NCBI RefSeq assembly: GCF_036321535.1
Contig: NC_087436.1
Span: forward strand, 47,308,001 to 47,372,000
DNA from: Camelus dromedarius
Taxonomy: Eukaryota
Reading direction: 5' to 3'
DNA: 64,000 nt
Every line of letters starts with the position of its first letter. Position 1 is the first letter of the stretch. Of the stretch, positions 1 to 12,789 are shown in pieces. The notes under the pieces were generated by a model. The model had not been told where the DNA came from. It saw only the letters and a list, made by a program, of their open reading frames with translations, and did not search any database. The position numbers and the translations under genes were made by a program.

Positions 1-985
1 TCCACTTCAATGCTGACACCCTCTGGCTCCAAGCTTGCCTATGAGTGCAGTTCTCAGAATCACTGTTCCCTGTTTGACAACTGTCTCTATTAGAATGACT
101 AATAGGCAGCTCAGACTAACTAATGGCCAAAACAGAACTCTATTCCCTACAACCCCCTTACCCATCAAAAAACTAGGAGACCTGCTTGACTTCTCCTACT
201 CTGTCATGTCTCCTATCCATTAAGTCCTGTCCATTCTATCTCCAAATCTCTCAAATCCATCCACTGTTCTCCATCTCCAACACCACCACCCTGCTCCAGC
301 CAGCATCACTCCTCCTGCACAATGCTGCCAAGAGCTTCCTAACTGCTTCTCCCCTTCCTAACTGCTCTTGCCCCTTCTACTCCACTCTGCCCAGCAGAGA
401 GATCTGTTACACATGTAAATCAGATCTTGTCCCGCTCCCTCTTAGATCACTTCACAACGCCTTCTCATTGCATATGGAATAAGATTTATACTCCCCACAA
501 AGTTTGCAAGCACCCCCGACTCTCCCAACTGGGTTCTGCCTGCCCCACCACATTATCCCTCACCCCTCTCTCTCCTGCTCAGACACTGCAGCCAGACTGG
601 CTTTCCTCCCTTCCTTTCCTTGTGTAACCAAGCACTTTCCCTGTTCCCTCTACTGGCTCCTTCTTACCCTGCACATCTCAATGCAAGCTTTACCTCTTCT
701 GACAAATCTTTCCTGACTGTGCTAGAGAGGCTTCCCCATTTGCTCTCAACACATTTCCTTTAAAGAGCTGGTCCAAGTCTGAACTGATCTTATTTATTTA
801 TTAGTTTTACTTGCTTGTCATCTGCTCAACCTCCCTTTTCAGCACCTTTTCCTCTCTCAACACGTCAACTCAAACAATCTCCATTAGGGTAGAAAGCTTG
901 AGTATTGCTCACTGAATTCCTAGAATCAAGAACAAAGTCTAGCACACAGCAAGTGCTCAAAAATTGTGTGAATGTACTAATCAAT
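1..985 (+). mobile_element. LINE-2 (L2) 3' portion, degenerate
   Basis: Matches recalled L2 3' consensus blocks (ctaataggcagctcagactaac; caccaccaccctgctccagcc; cttcctaactg; aaatcagatcttgtc) and ends in an L2-type tail gcacacagcaagtgctcaaaaattgtgtgaatg. Confidence 0.8.
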
Positions 986-1204
986 TTCAGAAGGAACTGA
1001 GGAGGGCTTGGAGCTAGTCTCAGCCACCTGCGTAGCACAGGTATCTGATAAAGTCAGTGCATTTATGAAATCCAAAGCAACCTATCTTGAGAACTTGGTG
1101 AGAACAGTGTCTTGTCCAGTATCTGGGGGAATTTTTTGCTACAAAACCCTCCACCATTATTTCCTTCCTCCGCATTTAGGTATCTTCCCCGCACAGAATT
1201 GCAC

Positions 1205-1270
1205 TTCCTTCCGTCCTTCCGTCCTTCCGTCCTCCCTCCCTCCCCTCTCCCCCTCTCTTTTCTCCCTCTC
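1205..1270. repeat. Pyrimidine-rich low-complexity tract, (TCCT/TCCG/TCCC)n-like
   Basis: ttccttccgtccttccgtccttccgtcctccctccctcccctctcccc seen directly. Confidence 0.85.
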
Positions 1271-1914
1271 ATACTGTGCCTGTGTCTTTCTACATTATAG
1301 TCTTAATCTATTCCTGGCAGACTGAGATTTGATATCAAGTAATGATTACTGATCTAGGTTTTACAGTGGCCTGGCTTCCTAAATTGTCACAATAAGCAAC
1401 TCAACAAGAGCACAAATTAGTAAGCAACATCATGCATATAAACAGGGCAGGGCTAGGGTGAAGACAGCAGTGGATAAACAGGTGAGCAGTGAGGTGACAG
1501 ATGAGAGAAGTGTGGTGAGGCACGAGGGCTGAGGCCAGGGCAGATGATGCATTCTATTGTATCATAACTCTCAAAGGCACATGAGCAGCCATCGTTCCTA
1601 TACACATGAATCTAATAATCTAAATATTTCATTTATAGGCACAGGCACACCTCCTGCCATCAAAATTCACAAGCGTACTCGACAGATAACCTTAGAGAGA
1701 TGTTTCACTGTACCCTTCAGCCTGTCCACTCGTTCTAGCTAAAGGCACCAGAACCAGTTTTCTCTGACTCCATGATATAATTCAGTTTTTAAAACACAAT
1801 ACACCAAAGTCACTGATGGTAATTGCTAAGGGATAGTTCTGAGGATGACCTCAGATTCGTGCAGGGTGTTGTTCCTTAAGGATAAGGCTGGTCAGAGCTG
1901 AATGCCTGGTAAGG

Positions 1915-2490
1915 CAACCAACCACCAGTCACACATGGCTACTGAACACTTGAAGTGTGGCTAGTCCAAGCTGAGATGTGCTGTAAGTGCAGAATACACA
2001 CCAGATTTCGAAGATTTAGGAAAAAGCTAAAATGTTATGAATTTTCTTCCCAGTCATGCATATACATATGTATATTTGTTTTCATATTATTTTTCATTAA
2101 AGGTTATTACAAGATATTGAATATAGTTCCCTGTGTTACACTGAAGAAATCTGTGGGGGTTTTTTAAATCTATTTTTATATATAGTGGCTAACATATGCA
2201 AATCCCAAACTCCCAAATTTATCTCTTTCCACTCTCTTTCCCCAAGTAGCCATAAGATTGTTGACTATGTCTGCAAGTCTGTTTGTTTTGTAGATGTCAT
2301 CAGTGTCCTCTTTTTCTCTTTTTTTTAGATTCCACACAGGAGTGATATATGTTATTTTTCTTTCTCCTTCTGGCTTACTTCACTTACAATGATGATCTCT
2401 AGGTCCATCTATGTTGCATATTAATTATAATTGACAATATTAAACATAACATTTTAATATGTTGGATTAAATACGCTCTCAAAATAAGTT
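1915..2490. mobile_element. hAT-Charlie MITE (MER33/MER3-like), split by an L1 insertion at ~2040-2420
   Basis: cacatggctactgaacacttgaagtgtggctagt...gagatgtgctgtaagtgcagaatacacaccagatttcgaaga resembles MER33; AT-rich continuation at ~2420-2490. Confidence 0.6.
2045..2418 (-). mobile_element. LINE-1 3' UTR fragment (5'-truncated)
   Basis: Reverse complement of artiodactyl-type L1 3' end motifs (attgaatatagttccctgtg; tagattccacac; ctggcttacttcactt; aggtccatctatgttgc). Confidence 0.8.
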
Positions 2491-3094
2491 CTTAATAAAG
2501 TGACTCTAAATCTAAAAAGGTATATTTTAAAGAGCTGCAAATATGAAAATATCCTGTCCTCATAGTTTTAAGAGTTTTCAATTTTTTTATACTTCTACAC
2601 AAGACAGCCTCTTCCCCTTAGAAACATATATATTTACACTATCCAGCTAATGGTCCACCCATATTTATTTCAAATTACCAGAAATCCTCTATTATCCCCT
2701 ATTTCACTTCTTGAAACAGGAAAATTCCCAAGATTTTACTTAGTACATTGGTGCTATTTCTACATTACACAAAGGGAGACCCTTAAATGATACAAGCTGT
2801 CTCCAAATCACAGTGTGAGATTGTTATTGGAGGATTCTTTAAAAAAAAAAAAAAGAATGATGATTCTTGCTATTTTTAATTTCCATAATTCCAAGATATT
2901 ATCTACTCTGGGGTCTATAATCCTCTAGGTGCTGACTACAGATGATCCAATGAATGATACTACCTTTTATTTGTTTAATTAATTACAATTTTAAAAGCCC
3001 TTGTATAGGAGTGCTTTTGCTTTCAAAGAAATCATAATAACTTTGCCAGGTAAGCAGGGCAAGTGATAGACTTTTAAAATGTAAAAGGAATCTG

Positions 3095-3900
3095 ACCTCA
3101 CACCTGTCAGAATGACTATCATCAAAAAGACCACAAATAACAAATGTTGGCATGGATGTGGAGAAAAGGGAATCCTTGATCACTGTTGGTGGGAATGTAA
3201 ATTGGTATGGCCACTATGGAGGACAAAAAACTAAAAATAGAACTACCAATATGACCCAGTAATTCCACTCTTGGGTATATATCCAAAGAAAACAAAAACA
3301 CTGATTTGAAAAGATACATGCACCCCAATGTTCACAGCAGCAACATTTACAACTGTCAAAATATGGAAGCCCTAAGTGTCCATCACAGACAAACGGATAA
3401 AGAAGATGTGGTGTGTATATATATATATATACACACACATATACACAACAGAATACTACTCAGCCATAAAAAGGAATGAACTTTTGCCATTGGCAGCAAC
3501 GTGGATGGACCTGGGGGTACTATGCTTAGTGAAATAAGTCCGACAGAGAATGACAAATACTGTACATTATCACTTATATGTGGAATCTAAAAAATAAAAC
3601 AAACTAGTGAATATAACAAAAAAGAAATGGACTCACAGATAGAACAAACTAGTGGTTACCAGTAGGGAGAGAGAAGGGGGAAAGGCAAGAGAAGATAGGG
3701 GACTAAGAGGTACAAACTATTATGTATAAAATATATAAGCTACAAGGATATGTTGCACAACACAGGGAATATAGCCAATACTTTATAACTATAAATGGGG
3801 TTTAACCTAAAAATAGTGAATCACTATGTTGTACACCTGAAACTCATGTAATATTGTAAATCAACTATACCCCAATAAAATATTTTTTAGTTAAAAAAAC
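3095..3900 (+). mobile_element. LINE-1 3' end (ORF2 C-terminus plus 3' UTR), 5'-truncated
   Basis: acctcacacctgtcagaatgactatcatcaaaaagacc...tgtacacctgaaactc...aataaaa; highly similar to 22.7-23.5 kb and 51.7-52.5 kb; imperfect TSD aaaaggaatctg (3083-3094) / acagggaatctg (3901-3912). Confidence 0.9.
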
Positions 3901-4335
3901 ACAGGGAATCTGGAGTTAAAACTCAAGCAATTATCACCGCAACCATCACTACCATCATGTGTGGACCATCGCCTTACCCAACAAACATGCAAGGTTATAA
4001 GGACGGCCAAATGGGGTGCAGAGCCACATTTCTTTTAGGCAACTCTGATACAAGGCCTGAATGGCTCGACTTGCTCTGAAATCAACAAGACTTTTTTCCC
4101 TAAAATCTTGACACTGTCATTTAAGATATTTGCTAGGTATAAAAATGTATAGAATTACAAAAAGTCAACTTCCTCTGCCCCAAAGTGGTTCGGTTTACAT
4201 GCAAAACAAAACAGCCACCAAAACGTAAATACTTGGAATACTTGAAGTGTCCAAACAATAAATCATGAGATTAAGCAGCTCTTCTGCACGGCTGGCACAA
4301 GGAACAAACCAAAACACAGACTGTTCTAGTAACTC

Positions 4336-4824
4336 TGTATTAGTTTCCTGTTGCTGCTGTGTAAGTTACTGTAAATTTAGTGGCTTAAAACACAAATTTC
4401 TTTTCTTACAGTTCTAGAAATCAGAAGTCCAAAATGGGTCTCAGTGGGTTAACACCAAAATGTCAGCAGGGCTGTGGTCGCATCTGGAGGCCCAGGGGAA
4501 AATCTATTTCCCAGCCTTTTCCAGCCTCTAGACATGCCATGCCCTGCTTTGCTTGTAGCCCCCTTTTCTTCAAAGCCAGCAATGGCTGTTTGAGTTTTTC
4601 TAATAGTGACAACTCTCTGATTCTGATTCTTCTGCTTCGCTTTTCCACTTATAAGGATCCTTGTGATTACACTGGGTGCACCCAGCTAATCCAGGATAGT
4701 CTCCATATCCTAAGTCAGCTGATTAGCAACCTTAACTCCCCCTTGGCATGTAACGTAACTGACTGATAGTGTCTGGGGATTAGGACGAGAACATCTTTGG
4801 GGCGCCACTACTCTGCCTACTACC
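4336..4824 (-). mobile_element. ERVL-MaLR solo LTR (MLT1D-like)
   Basis: Begins tgtattagtttcctgttgctgc, contains cttacagttctagaaatcagaagtccaaaatgggtctc and ends ggggattaggacgagaacatctttggggcgccactactctgcctactac, the reverse of the MLT1 start. Confidence 0.85.
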
Positions 4825-5264
4825 GTCTCCAAGAGTAATTAGAAAATGGTCAAAGAAACCTCACCATGTACAAGCTGTTCTCCTCCAATGAGGATTTTTA
4901 AATATTTTAATTTACAATAGGTGAAAGCCCTGCAACTTAAAAAATAAGTAGCGTTAGAGCAGCAGGAACAGATTGCAGCTGTATGTGCCAATCAGGGGGA
5001 TGGGAGAATGAACGTACTTCTTTCCCGGACTCAACACACCAGGACTGACTGAGCACTCAGAAGCTTTTGGAAAGAAATGTTTGACACCATATTGAAAATT
5101 AATATCTTTTGATGGCAACACTGAAATATGACCTAGCTGTAGACCTCCACATGGTAAATCATATGGAGTTGATACTATGTTTGGACAGGTGTGATGCTCC
5201 CTCTGCTAAAACTGCATGTGCAAGGACACAAACGAGGCCCAAACTGTGAGATACATGCTAGATC

Positions 5265-5495
5265 AACAGTGCAATGGTTAAACTCTGCAGCCAAATTGTC
5301 TGCTTTCAAAACCTAATTCTGCCTCATGCTAGCTCTGTGACCTTAGGCAAGTGACTTAACTTCTCTGTGTCTCACATAAGGATTCTTAAAATGGGGATAA
5401 TAATATCTGCCTCAGAGTGTCCTTAAAGAAGGACAAAGGAGTAAGAGTTCTAAGTGCTCAAAACAAACCCTGGCACATAGTGAGCACTTTATTTG
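5265..5495 (+). mobile_element. MIR SINE
   Basis: Core ctagctctgtgaccttaggcaagtgacttaacttctctgtgtctca...aaaatggggataataata...cctggcacatagtgagcact. Confidence 0.85.
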
Positions 5496-6389
5496 GTAAA
5501 TAAAATTTTAAATGTTCCTGCTTGCTGCTTACAACTTGCCAATCACACTACATACCCAGGGAGTATACTTCTCAACACTAACTAATCCATCACAGAGGAT
5601 ATGATTATCATACATATATATACACACAAAAAGTTAACAAAAACATATATCATACATATCATACATACACACAAAAAAGTTAACAAAAACAATGCCCTTT
5701 GTTGCTACTAAAGTTTGGTAGAAACTACTGGGGTAGTAATAACCGGATAGCTAAATAACTTACAGATCAAATGCAAATCACAGAAAACAGTAGCAGTTGT
5801 ATTAAATAAACCGTCTCAGGGCCTCCTAAAGAAAGACGCACAGCATACTGCCCGGGGAGGACAGTAGGGTCTGTGATTCTTAATGGCCCCGGCATTTTCT
5901 GGGACAGTGGTGTTCATGGTACAATACTCCTCAGAAGGCTGAGCTCTGTGAGGGACAGCAGCGGTTGTGCCCCACTAACACCACCAGCATCTGCTGAGAG
6001 GGCTGGCATATTGTGACTGCAGCTTTGAAAGCTTTTCAGCATTCACAGCTGATGTTATATACTGCTTACAAAAGCTGTTGAACTCAATGGCAGTGGGCAG
6101 TCAATTTCAATAATTTTATCTTAACCCTGAAGGAAAGGAGGAGGGCGGGGTGAGGGATGGGCCCCAGACCTTACTGATACAGGAAAGATGTACAAATGGC
6201 TATTCCATTACAAGAGAAATACACTCCTTTCATGACAATTAATAAGAAACAATTTGGTGTTTGAGATAGTAAGAATGAACCTTTTGTTTTAAAAGTTAGA
6301 GGTACATCTTACATGCAAAAAATGATAGCTGAGCCCCCCCAAAATTAACTATGAACCAAGCATTATCCTCGTTGGTTCATACACATAAA

Positions 6390-6530
6390 GTCATATAATT
6401 TATAGTAGTCTTAGGAAGTAAATACTATTTTATTCCCATTTTACAGCCAGGAAATGGAGTTTAATCTGACAAAGTTGCTCAAGGTCACCTAGTGGTGAGC
6501 GGTGGTATTGCGACCTGAGTGCGCGTTGCC
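6390..6530 (-). mobile_element. MIR SINE fragment
   Basis: attcccattttacagccaggaaatggag...gttgctcaaggtcac is the reverse MIR core. Confidence 0.7.
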
Positions 6531-6684
6531 TTCATCTCTCACCTCTCTGGCAGCACAGACCACAGAAACATTCCAGGAGATGGGTTAGTAGACACGCAGT
6601 CCCATGTCAAAATATATACCCCCCCAAACCTGCCACACCTCCAAAGCTAGTGGAGAGATTTAGAAAGCCTTGGGGGATACTAGG

Positions 6685-6855
6685 CAGTGTGTGGGCATTA
6701 CTAGAATCAGCTGGACCTGGCTTCAAATCCCTGCTCCACTTCCTACCAGCTCTGCAGCCTTGAGTACATTAACCTTTCTAAATTGTTTCCCTAACTCCAC
6801 AAGCGGAGATAACACAATTTCTACTTTGCAGGCCTGTCTGGAGATGAAGAGAGCA
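6685..6855 (+). mobile_element. MIR SINE fragment
   Basis: gacctggcttcaaatccctgctccacttcctaccagctctgcagccttgag. Confidence 0.7.
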
Positions 6856-7561
6856 TTTGATTTAATCTTCTCTAGAGCTTATCTCAGTATCTACTGTTAT
6901 CTAACCATCACCATTTTACAGCACTATCTCCAGCTTCTGTGTGTGGGGAAGCTTGGATAACCAACCTGTTTGGCCTCTCTCTGTTTCAAAGCTTAGCTTC
7001 ATTTTCAGCTACTGCTGCCAACCTTTTCCCGAGAGGCCTCTACTTCTCGCTGGAGGCAGGCTGCTATCTAAAGGTATCCCTCCACGGCACCCCAACCAGG
7101 TAAGTGATCCGTGATCCCAACCACTCATGCTTTCTATAAGCCTCTTCCCTACCCCTAAATGAAAACTCACTCTTTCAAACCTCTGTAGGTGTCAGATCAG
7201 ACTACCTACTTAAAGTTCTCCCAAGTAAGGAAACGTCTCCTTAACCCATCTCAGTGGGAGGTGTGTTACGAGGTGACTTCCCAGGATGACTCTTGTCAGC
7301 AGAGCAGGTTAGAGAGGCCCCCGATGTGTGTTTTCACCCCTCCCAGGCCAGACCTTCCAGGATCACATGTGACCGCAGTTTCAACAGCAGGAGCCAGTTC
7401 TCAGCAGGCCGTGGGATTCGGTACAATTCGCCAAAGCACACAGAACCTGCCTTTGGCACATGTGCATCTTTCTTTCTACAGTTGTTTTCCCACCTCCAGG
7501 GCTATTGCCCCCTTCAGTCACTGCCATTTGTGGAAAAGCTTTTCAAAAGCTTAATTCTTGA

Positions 7562-7698
7562 GGGGAGGATGTAGCTCAGTGGTAGAGTGCACGCTTAGCA
7601 TGCAGGAGGTCCTGGGTTCAATCCCCAGTACCACTGTTAAATAAATAAACCGAATTACCTCCTCCTAAAATTAATTAATTAATTAAATTAAATTAAAT
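7562..7698 (+). mobile_element. tRNA-Ala-derived SINE (camelid vic-1 type)
   Basis: ggggaggatgtagctcagtggtagagtgcacgcttagcatgcaggaggtcctgggttcaatccccagtacc has Pol III A and B boxes and an AGC anticodon-like loop, followed by an AT-rich tail; seven related copies in the window. Confidence 0.9.
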
Positions 7699-8276
7699 AT
7701 AGACCTGAATAGATATTTTTTGCCCAGAGAAGGCATACAAATGGCCAATAGGTACATGAAAAGTTGCTCAGCATCATTAATCAGCAGGGAAATGCAAATC
7801 AAAACCCACAATGAGCTATCATCTCACACCTGATAAGATGTCTGCTATCAAAAAGACAAGAAAGGGGAGGATAGAGTTCAGTGGCAGAAGGTTTAGCATG
7901 TCCAAGGTCCTGGGTTCAATCCCCAGTACCTCTGTTAATAAACAAACAAATAAATAAACCAAATTACCTATCCCCCCAAAAAAAGACGAGCCATAACAAA
8001 TGTTGCCAAGGATGTGGAGAGAGGGACCCCTGTGCGCTGTTGGTAGGAATGTAAATTGGTATAGTCACTGTGGAGGACACTATGGAGGTTCCTCAAAAAA
8101 TTTTTTTAGAAAACAACAGAACTATCATATTATCTAGCAATTCCACTTCTGGGTATCTATCCAAAGGAAATGAAATCACTATCTCAAAAAGGTATCTGCA
8201 TCCCCATGTTCATGGTAGCATTATTCACAATGGCTAGCCAAGACATGGAAACAACCTGTGTCCACTGATGAATAGA
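7699..8276 (+). mobile_element. LINE-1 ORF2 C-terminal fragment interrupted by a SINE
   Basis: gacctgaatagatatttt...gggaaatgcaaatcaaaacccacaatgag...gaatgtaaattggt...gcaattccacttctgggtatctatccaaagg. Confidence 0.85.
7864..7982 (+). mobile_element. tRNA-Ala-derived SINE inside the L1 fragment
   Basis: ggggaggatagagttcagtggcagaaggtttagcatgtccaaggtcctgggttcaatccccagtacc; degenerate TSD aaaaagacaaga / aaaaagacgagc. Confidence 0.85.
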
Positions 8277-9914
8277 TTTTTTTTAAGTTTAATTCTTATC
8301 TTATATTTTGCATTTCTAATCATCTTAATTGAAAAGAGGTGATTAAATTCCAGAGGCAAATAAATTCTCCTCCCTCAATTTTCCATAAACATGATGCCTC
8401 CAGGTCCAGTTTCAGTTGGATAGGAGTGGGCCTTTATGCAGATACTCATTGAGCACTTTTCCTGGTGAAGGCAAGTCCTGACAGGTAAACTTAGAGTTAA
8501 CGATGCCCTGAGGTAGGTATTTCAGTTCCTTCTCAATTTTGCCTGAGGCTGGCCCTGACGTTCCTTAGTTGGGGCACTTCTCCTTCCACAGTCAGACTTA
8601 CCGCTCTAGGTGAACCTCAGCACAGGCTCTGCCAGGCAGAGAAGTGACACTCACCTGAAGGGCTCTTCCAGAGCTTTTTTCCTATTTGACTTTTAGTAGC
8701 TGGCTGTCTTTTCTGACACTTTGGCTTCAACATTATTATCTTTCATCTCCTCCCCCTACCCTTTAATAATTTTAATATGTGGCTTTACTTACTCTTTTTA
8801 AATACTACTATGTTGAGAGAAAAGATGTAAATATAAAATGCTCAATCCAGTTAATGCTTTAAAAAAAAAAAAAGTAAGAATGTACCCAAGTTTGGTTTGA
8901 AAGTTTTAATTGACGCTATCAAACTAAAGACACAAAATTGTAAGATAGAATTTTAAATTTTAAGCAAATCGTCAAATTAGGGTTTGGCAGTGTGGAAAAG
9001 CAATTAGCAAATAAATGGTTATCCTATTTATACTTTAATTATATTAGCTGTTTCTTTACATTCTGCTTTGAATTACAAGTCATTGTTAGGAATAAATAAA
9101 TTGAACTGATCTGGATTTCTGTCTGAAGAGGCTGGATTGACCACTCATATTCCAGTATCTTTTACCAAAACTGTAAGGATAAAGTAGCTAGCAATGGAAA
9201 TGTAAATTTAAGCCCCAAGTAAAATTAAAATTTTGACTTAGAGTAGCAAAGAGGGTAAGATATTACAGTAAAATTTGAGAAATATTTAAATGAAGAAATG
9301 CTTTATACCTATAATGAAAGGTAGCTAATGGAAATATCTTGTACTTTTATTAAATCAACCCAAAAATGTCTTAGCAATGATACACTTTTCAAGAGATCAA
9401 CAACAAAGGTGTAAGATTTTTTAAAAGGTGACCTATTTAAAAGTGATGGAGCTCATTCTAAACCTAGCGATAAATCTGCTAAACGTGATTATCTACGAAA
9501 TGTAACCTGTCTATCTTTCTGGGTACTAAGGAGGCAAACTGTAGAAGCAGAATTTCTTTTCTGTCTGGCAAAATTAGCACTGCTCCCTTCTACAGTATTT
9601 CCTCACAAAAGTTTAGCCTTATGGCTAATAATAATAAAAACACAAACAGTTCTTTAAGAAAGCCTCTGTGTTCCGTTTTTATCAGATAAATCCCTTGTGT
9701 AATGAGCTACTGACCTATTGTGCAGCTCCACAGAGAATGTTGATCCTATTGCTCAGATCTTACGAGAAACACTAAAGGAACACAGAAATTAAAACCAATT
9801 TTAAAGAGAAAGGAGAAAGTTTTCTAATTCTGAATATGGTAAAAACAAAAAAAAGGCAGCTAAATTAAAAATTAAATTCACTTTTTAAAATGCAAAATGA
9901 CTAAAATAATCATG

Positions 9915-10145
9915 AATGTGCACACAGGGCTAGAAGGATACTTAACTGCAGTTGCTTAAAACAGTGAAAACTGGAAACTAAATATCCAACAACAGGGGCT
10001 TGGTTAAGTCAGGATACAGCCATACAACAGAAAATTATAAAAGCTGCTATACAAGTATATTTTAATGATATAGAGATGTCCATATGTGGGTGAAAAAAAG
10101 TAAGTTAGAAGGTAGTAATGCAGAAAATGAACCCAGTTTTGTGGA
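9915..10145 (+). mobile_element. Ancient L1 (L1ME-like) 3' fragment
   Basis: aaaactggaaactaaatatccaacaacagggg...ttggttaag...ggtgaaaaaaagtaagtta resembles L1ME 3' ends. Confidence 0.55.
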
Positions 10146-10151
10146 GAATAA

Positions 10152-10325
10152 CTTTCTAGTTGTGTAACTTTAGGAAAGTTACTTAATTTCTCTAAAGCAG
10201 TTTTCTCCTCCATAACAGTACCTACCTACCTCACAGGACTGGAGTGGGGAGAACAGGAAAGTCTTGTGTACGAAGGAACTGGCACATTGCCTGGCCCACA
10301 GTAAGCACAATACATGTTAGCTCTT
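10152..10325 (+). mobile_element. MIR SINE
   Basis: ctagttgtgtaactttaggaaagttacttaatttctctaaagcagtttt...gcctggcccacagtaagcacaatacatgttagct. Confidence 0.8.
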
Positions 10326-10834
10326 GGTGTTGTGTGTTCCCAGCGGTGAGAAAGAGTTTGAGGATCTGGGTGGTTGCAGATTTGTTTACGTTGTACTTTT
10401 AAACTTCTATAAGCAACATACTACTTATAACAGGAGGAAAAATAAATAAATTGGAACACTATTTGCACAGTGACTATTCTCTTAAAAAACTACAATGGTG
10501 CTTCACTCACAGTAAATAAATCGTGGTTGAACTAATTTTACCCTTCAGACTTCTTTTAAACGAGCTTGCTCTGGTACATTTAAAATTATTTAATTAAAGG
10601 GCTAAATTTGTCTATAATATTTTTACTGCATAAAGCAAGGCATACTAGCATTGTTCAGCCTCATAAGAATTTATGAGCCCGAGTTCAATGCCCATTAGAA
10701 AGCCAGGAGATCTCGAATTATCAGTGGGAGGCAGTCTATCATAGCCTAAACACGTCTAGTTTCCTCCCAGCTCCCCAGCCATCTCCTTTTGACCCTTCTT
10801 CCTCTCCATAATCAAAACCTAGAAGCTCTTTTTA

Positions 10835-10950
10835 CTGGACTGTAAGCCTCAAGTGCAGATACGGTGCCTCCTTCCTCTTAGTATTGCTAATACCTAGCTT
10901 AGTGACTGGAATACAGTAGCTGCTCACTAAACAACTGAATTGAATAAATA
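10835..10950 (+). mobile_element. L2 3' terminal fragment
   Basis: gactgtaagcctc...agtgactggaatacagtagctgctcactaaacaactgaattgaat. Confidence 0.7.
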
Positions 10951-12029
10951 TCTGATAGTAATAGTTCAGGATAGAGGCTTCAAGTTCCCCATAAGAGAAT
11001 TAGATAAAGGTAAATAGGCTACTCTAGTCTGAAACTGTCTAGAATTCTTGGTAATTACTCCAAAACAAACAACATCTCACTTCAAAGTATCACTTCTTTA
11101 AAAAGGAAAAGTTCTCATTTGTATTCAGTTGCCTATTTTAATAGATGTGAGACTATTTCTGTTTTTTCCCTGTGTATATTTAAAGTCCCACAAGAATTCC
11201 AGAGAGTTTAAATTGCTCAAAGTAACACAGCTAGTAAGTTACCACCCAGATAGCCTCACGTCTTCTGGATTCTGATGGCCAAGATCTCTCTGCATCACAC
11301 ACTTTGGGAAAAACAAACATTCCTTGTGACCTTTGACCCTAAAAGTTTTTGCAGCTATAAGAACAAATGTTTTCAATAACCCTGAGCAAATGCTCCCTAT
11401 CCTTCCAAATATTCCCTAGAAGCTTGTATGAGATTCTGAGAAAACAGAAATTGAGGACAGGAAGCAGCACCCCACGGGTGTCCAAGTGTTTCCCTCCAGG
11501 TTCCTAAGTCAACCAGCCTTACTTAAAAATGAAAGTACAGAAACCAAATTAAATATTAACTCAAAAAAACACTTCAACCAGAAGACTGTTGTGAAGTAAG
11601 ACCAGAAGCAAACCAAGGAAAGAGCTATAATTTTGTACTGCTTATTTTTTAAAAAGGAAAAAAAAAGTTAAGGGTAAAGTTAGAGAGTTCACACATCCAA
11701 TCTTCCTCCAAATTCCAGGTTTGTCACTTTTAGCCACTGCTCTCTGTTCAAGCAGTGAATGGCAGTTTCCGGTATGTGGTGTGGGAAACAATAATCGTTC
11801 AGGTATCCACACAGAAGTGTTTAATTTCCTGAAGACATCACTTCTCACTCTGAGGAACTTGTCAAAAGGATTTCATATACTAAACCTCAGCCCACCAGGT
11901 TTATAAGTAAGAAATTTTGTGTAAATTAATTGGTGATTACCTAAGTCAGCTGGAACACAGTGTTTATATATATGTATATATAATACATATGTATATATAT
12001 TACAATTTACAATTTGTGTATGTATACAG

Positions 12030-12240
12030 TTACAATTTGTTGAGGTCTGCTTTGTGCCAGACATTATGATAGGTCTTTTGCACTTTAATCCTCATTATTA
12101 TCCGCTGAAGTAGTTATAGTCCCATTTTACTGGTTCAGAGTGTTTAGAATGACTGAGAACCCACCGTTCATAGATGAAACTTGGAATGAAATCAAGAGTT
12201 TGAAAAGTTAAGTTTAAATTCAAAATCCACGCCCACCTAG
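12030..12240 (-). mobile_element. MIR SINE
   Basis: tttgtgccagacatt...tttaatcctca...cccattttac is the reverse MIR. Confidence 0.65.
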
Positions 12241-12789
12241 GACACTAAACAATTGAACCTCTTCAAAAATTTAACATGCATGTCGAAACGATTTTAAGGT
12301 CATATTAGAGCAAGCAAGGTGAAACAGAAGAATGACAAAGACTGGTATTAAAAAAAATTACAGGAGACAAACAAAACATTTGAGTTGTTTCAAGATGTAG
12401 TCGCGGGCTATTAACGATTATCCAAATCTCAGAAAGGTAGACAGGTCCACTGCTACCTATTTGCGCTGAAAAACCAAGCCTCCCTCTCCTTAAGTGGAGT
12501 AGCTCTGGCATGCCAAACGCTGAAAGGTTTCAGTGTAGGCAGCCCAGAACTGGGCTATCACTGTTCACACATCATCAGTAAGTGCCTCTCAAAGAAGCTA
12601 AAAGACAGTCCCTCCTCCACCTCCTGAACTTCAGCCCTGACCTCCTCCAGAGTGGCTCTGGCAATCTATGGTTCCATCTGTGTCCTTTCAACGCCAGGAC
12701 CGAGTTACCCGAAATGGTTGCAAATGAATGAGATGACTGCTCGGAGCAAGGACACGAAACCACAAATCCATCCTCAATCAGGCAAAATC

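Noticed and set aside
7562..7633. tRNA-Ala(AGC) gene
   Set aside because: The acceptor stem is imperfect, an A-rich retroposon tail follows, and seven related copies with TSDs occur in the window. It is a SINE.
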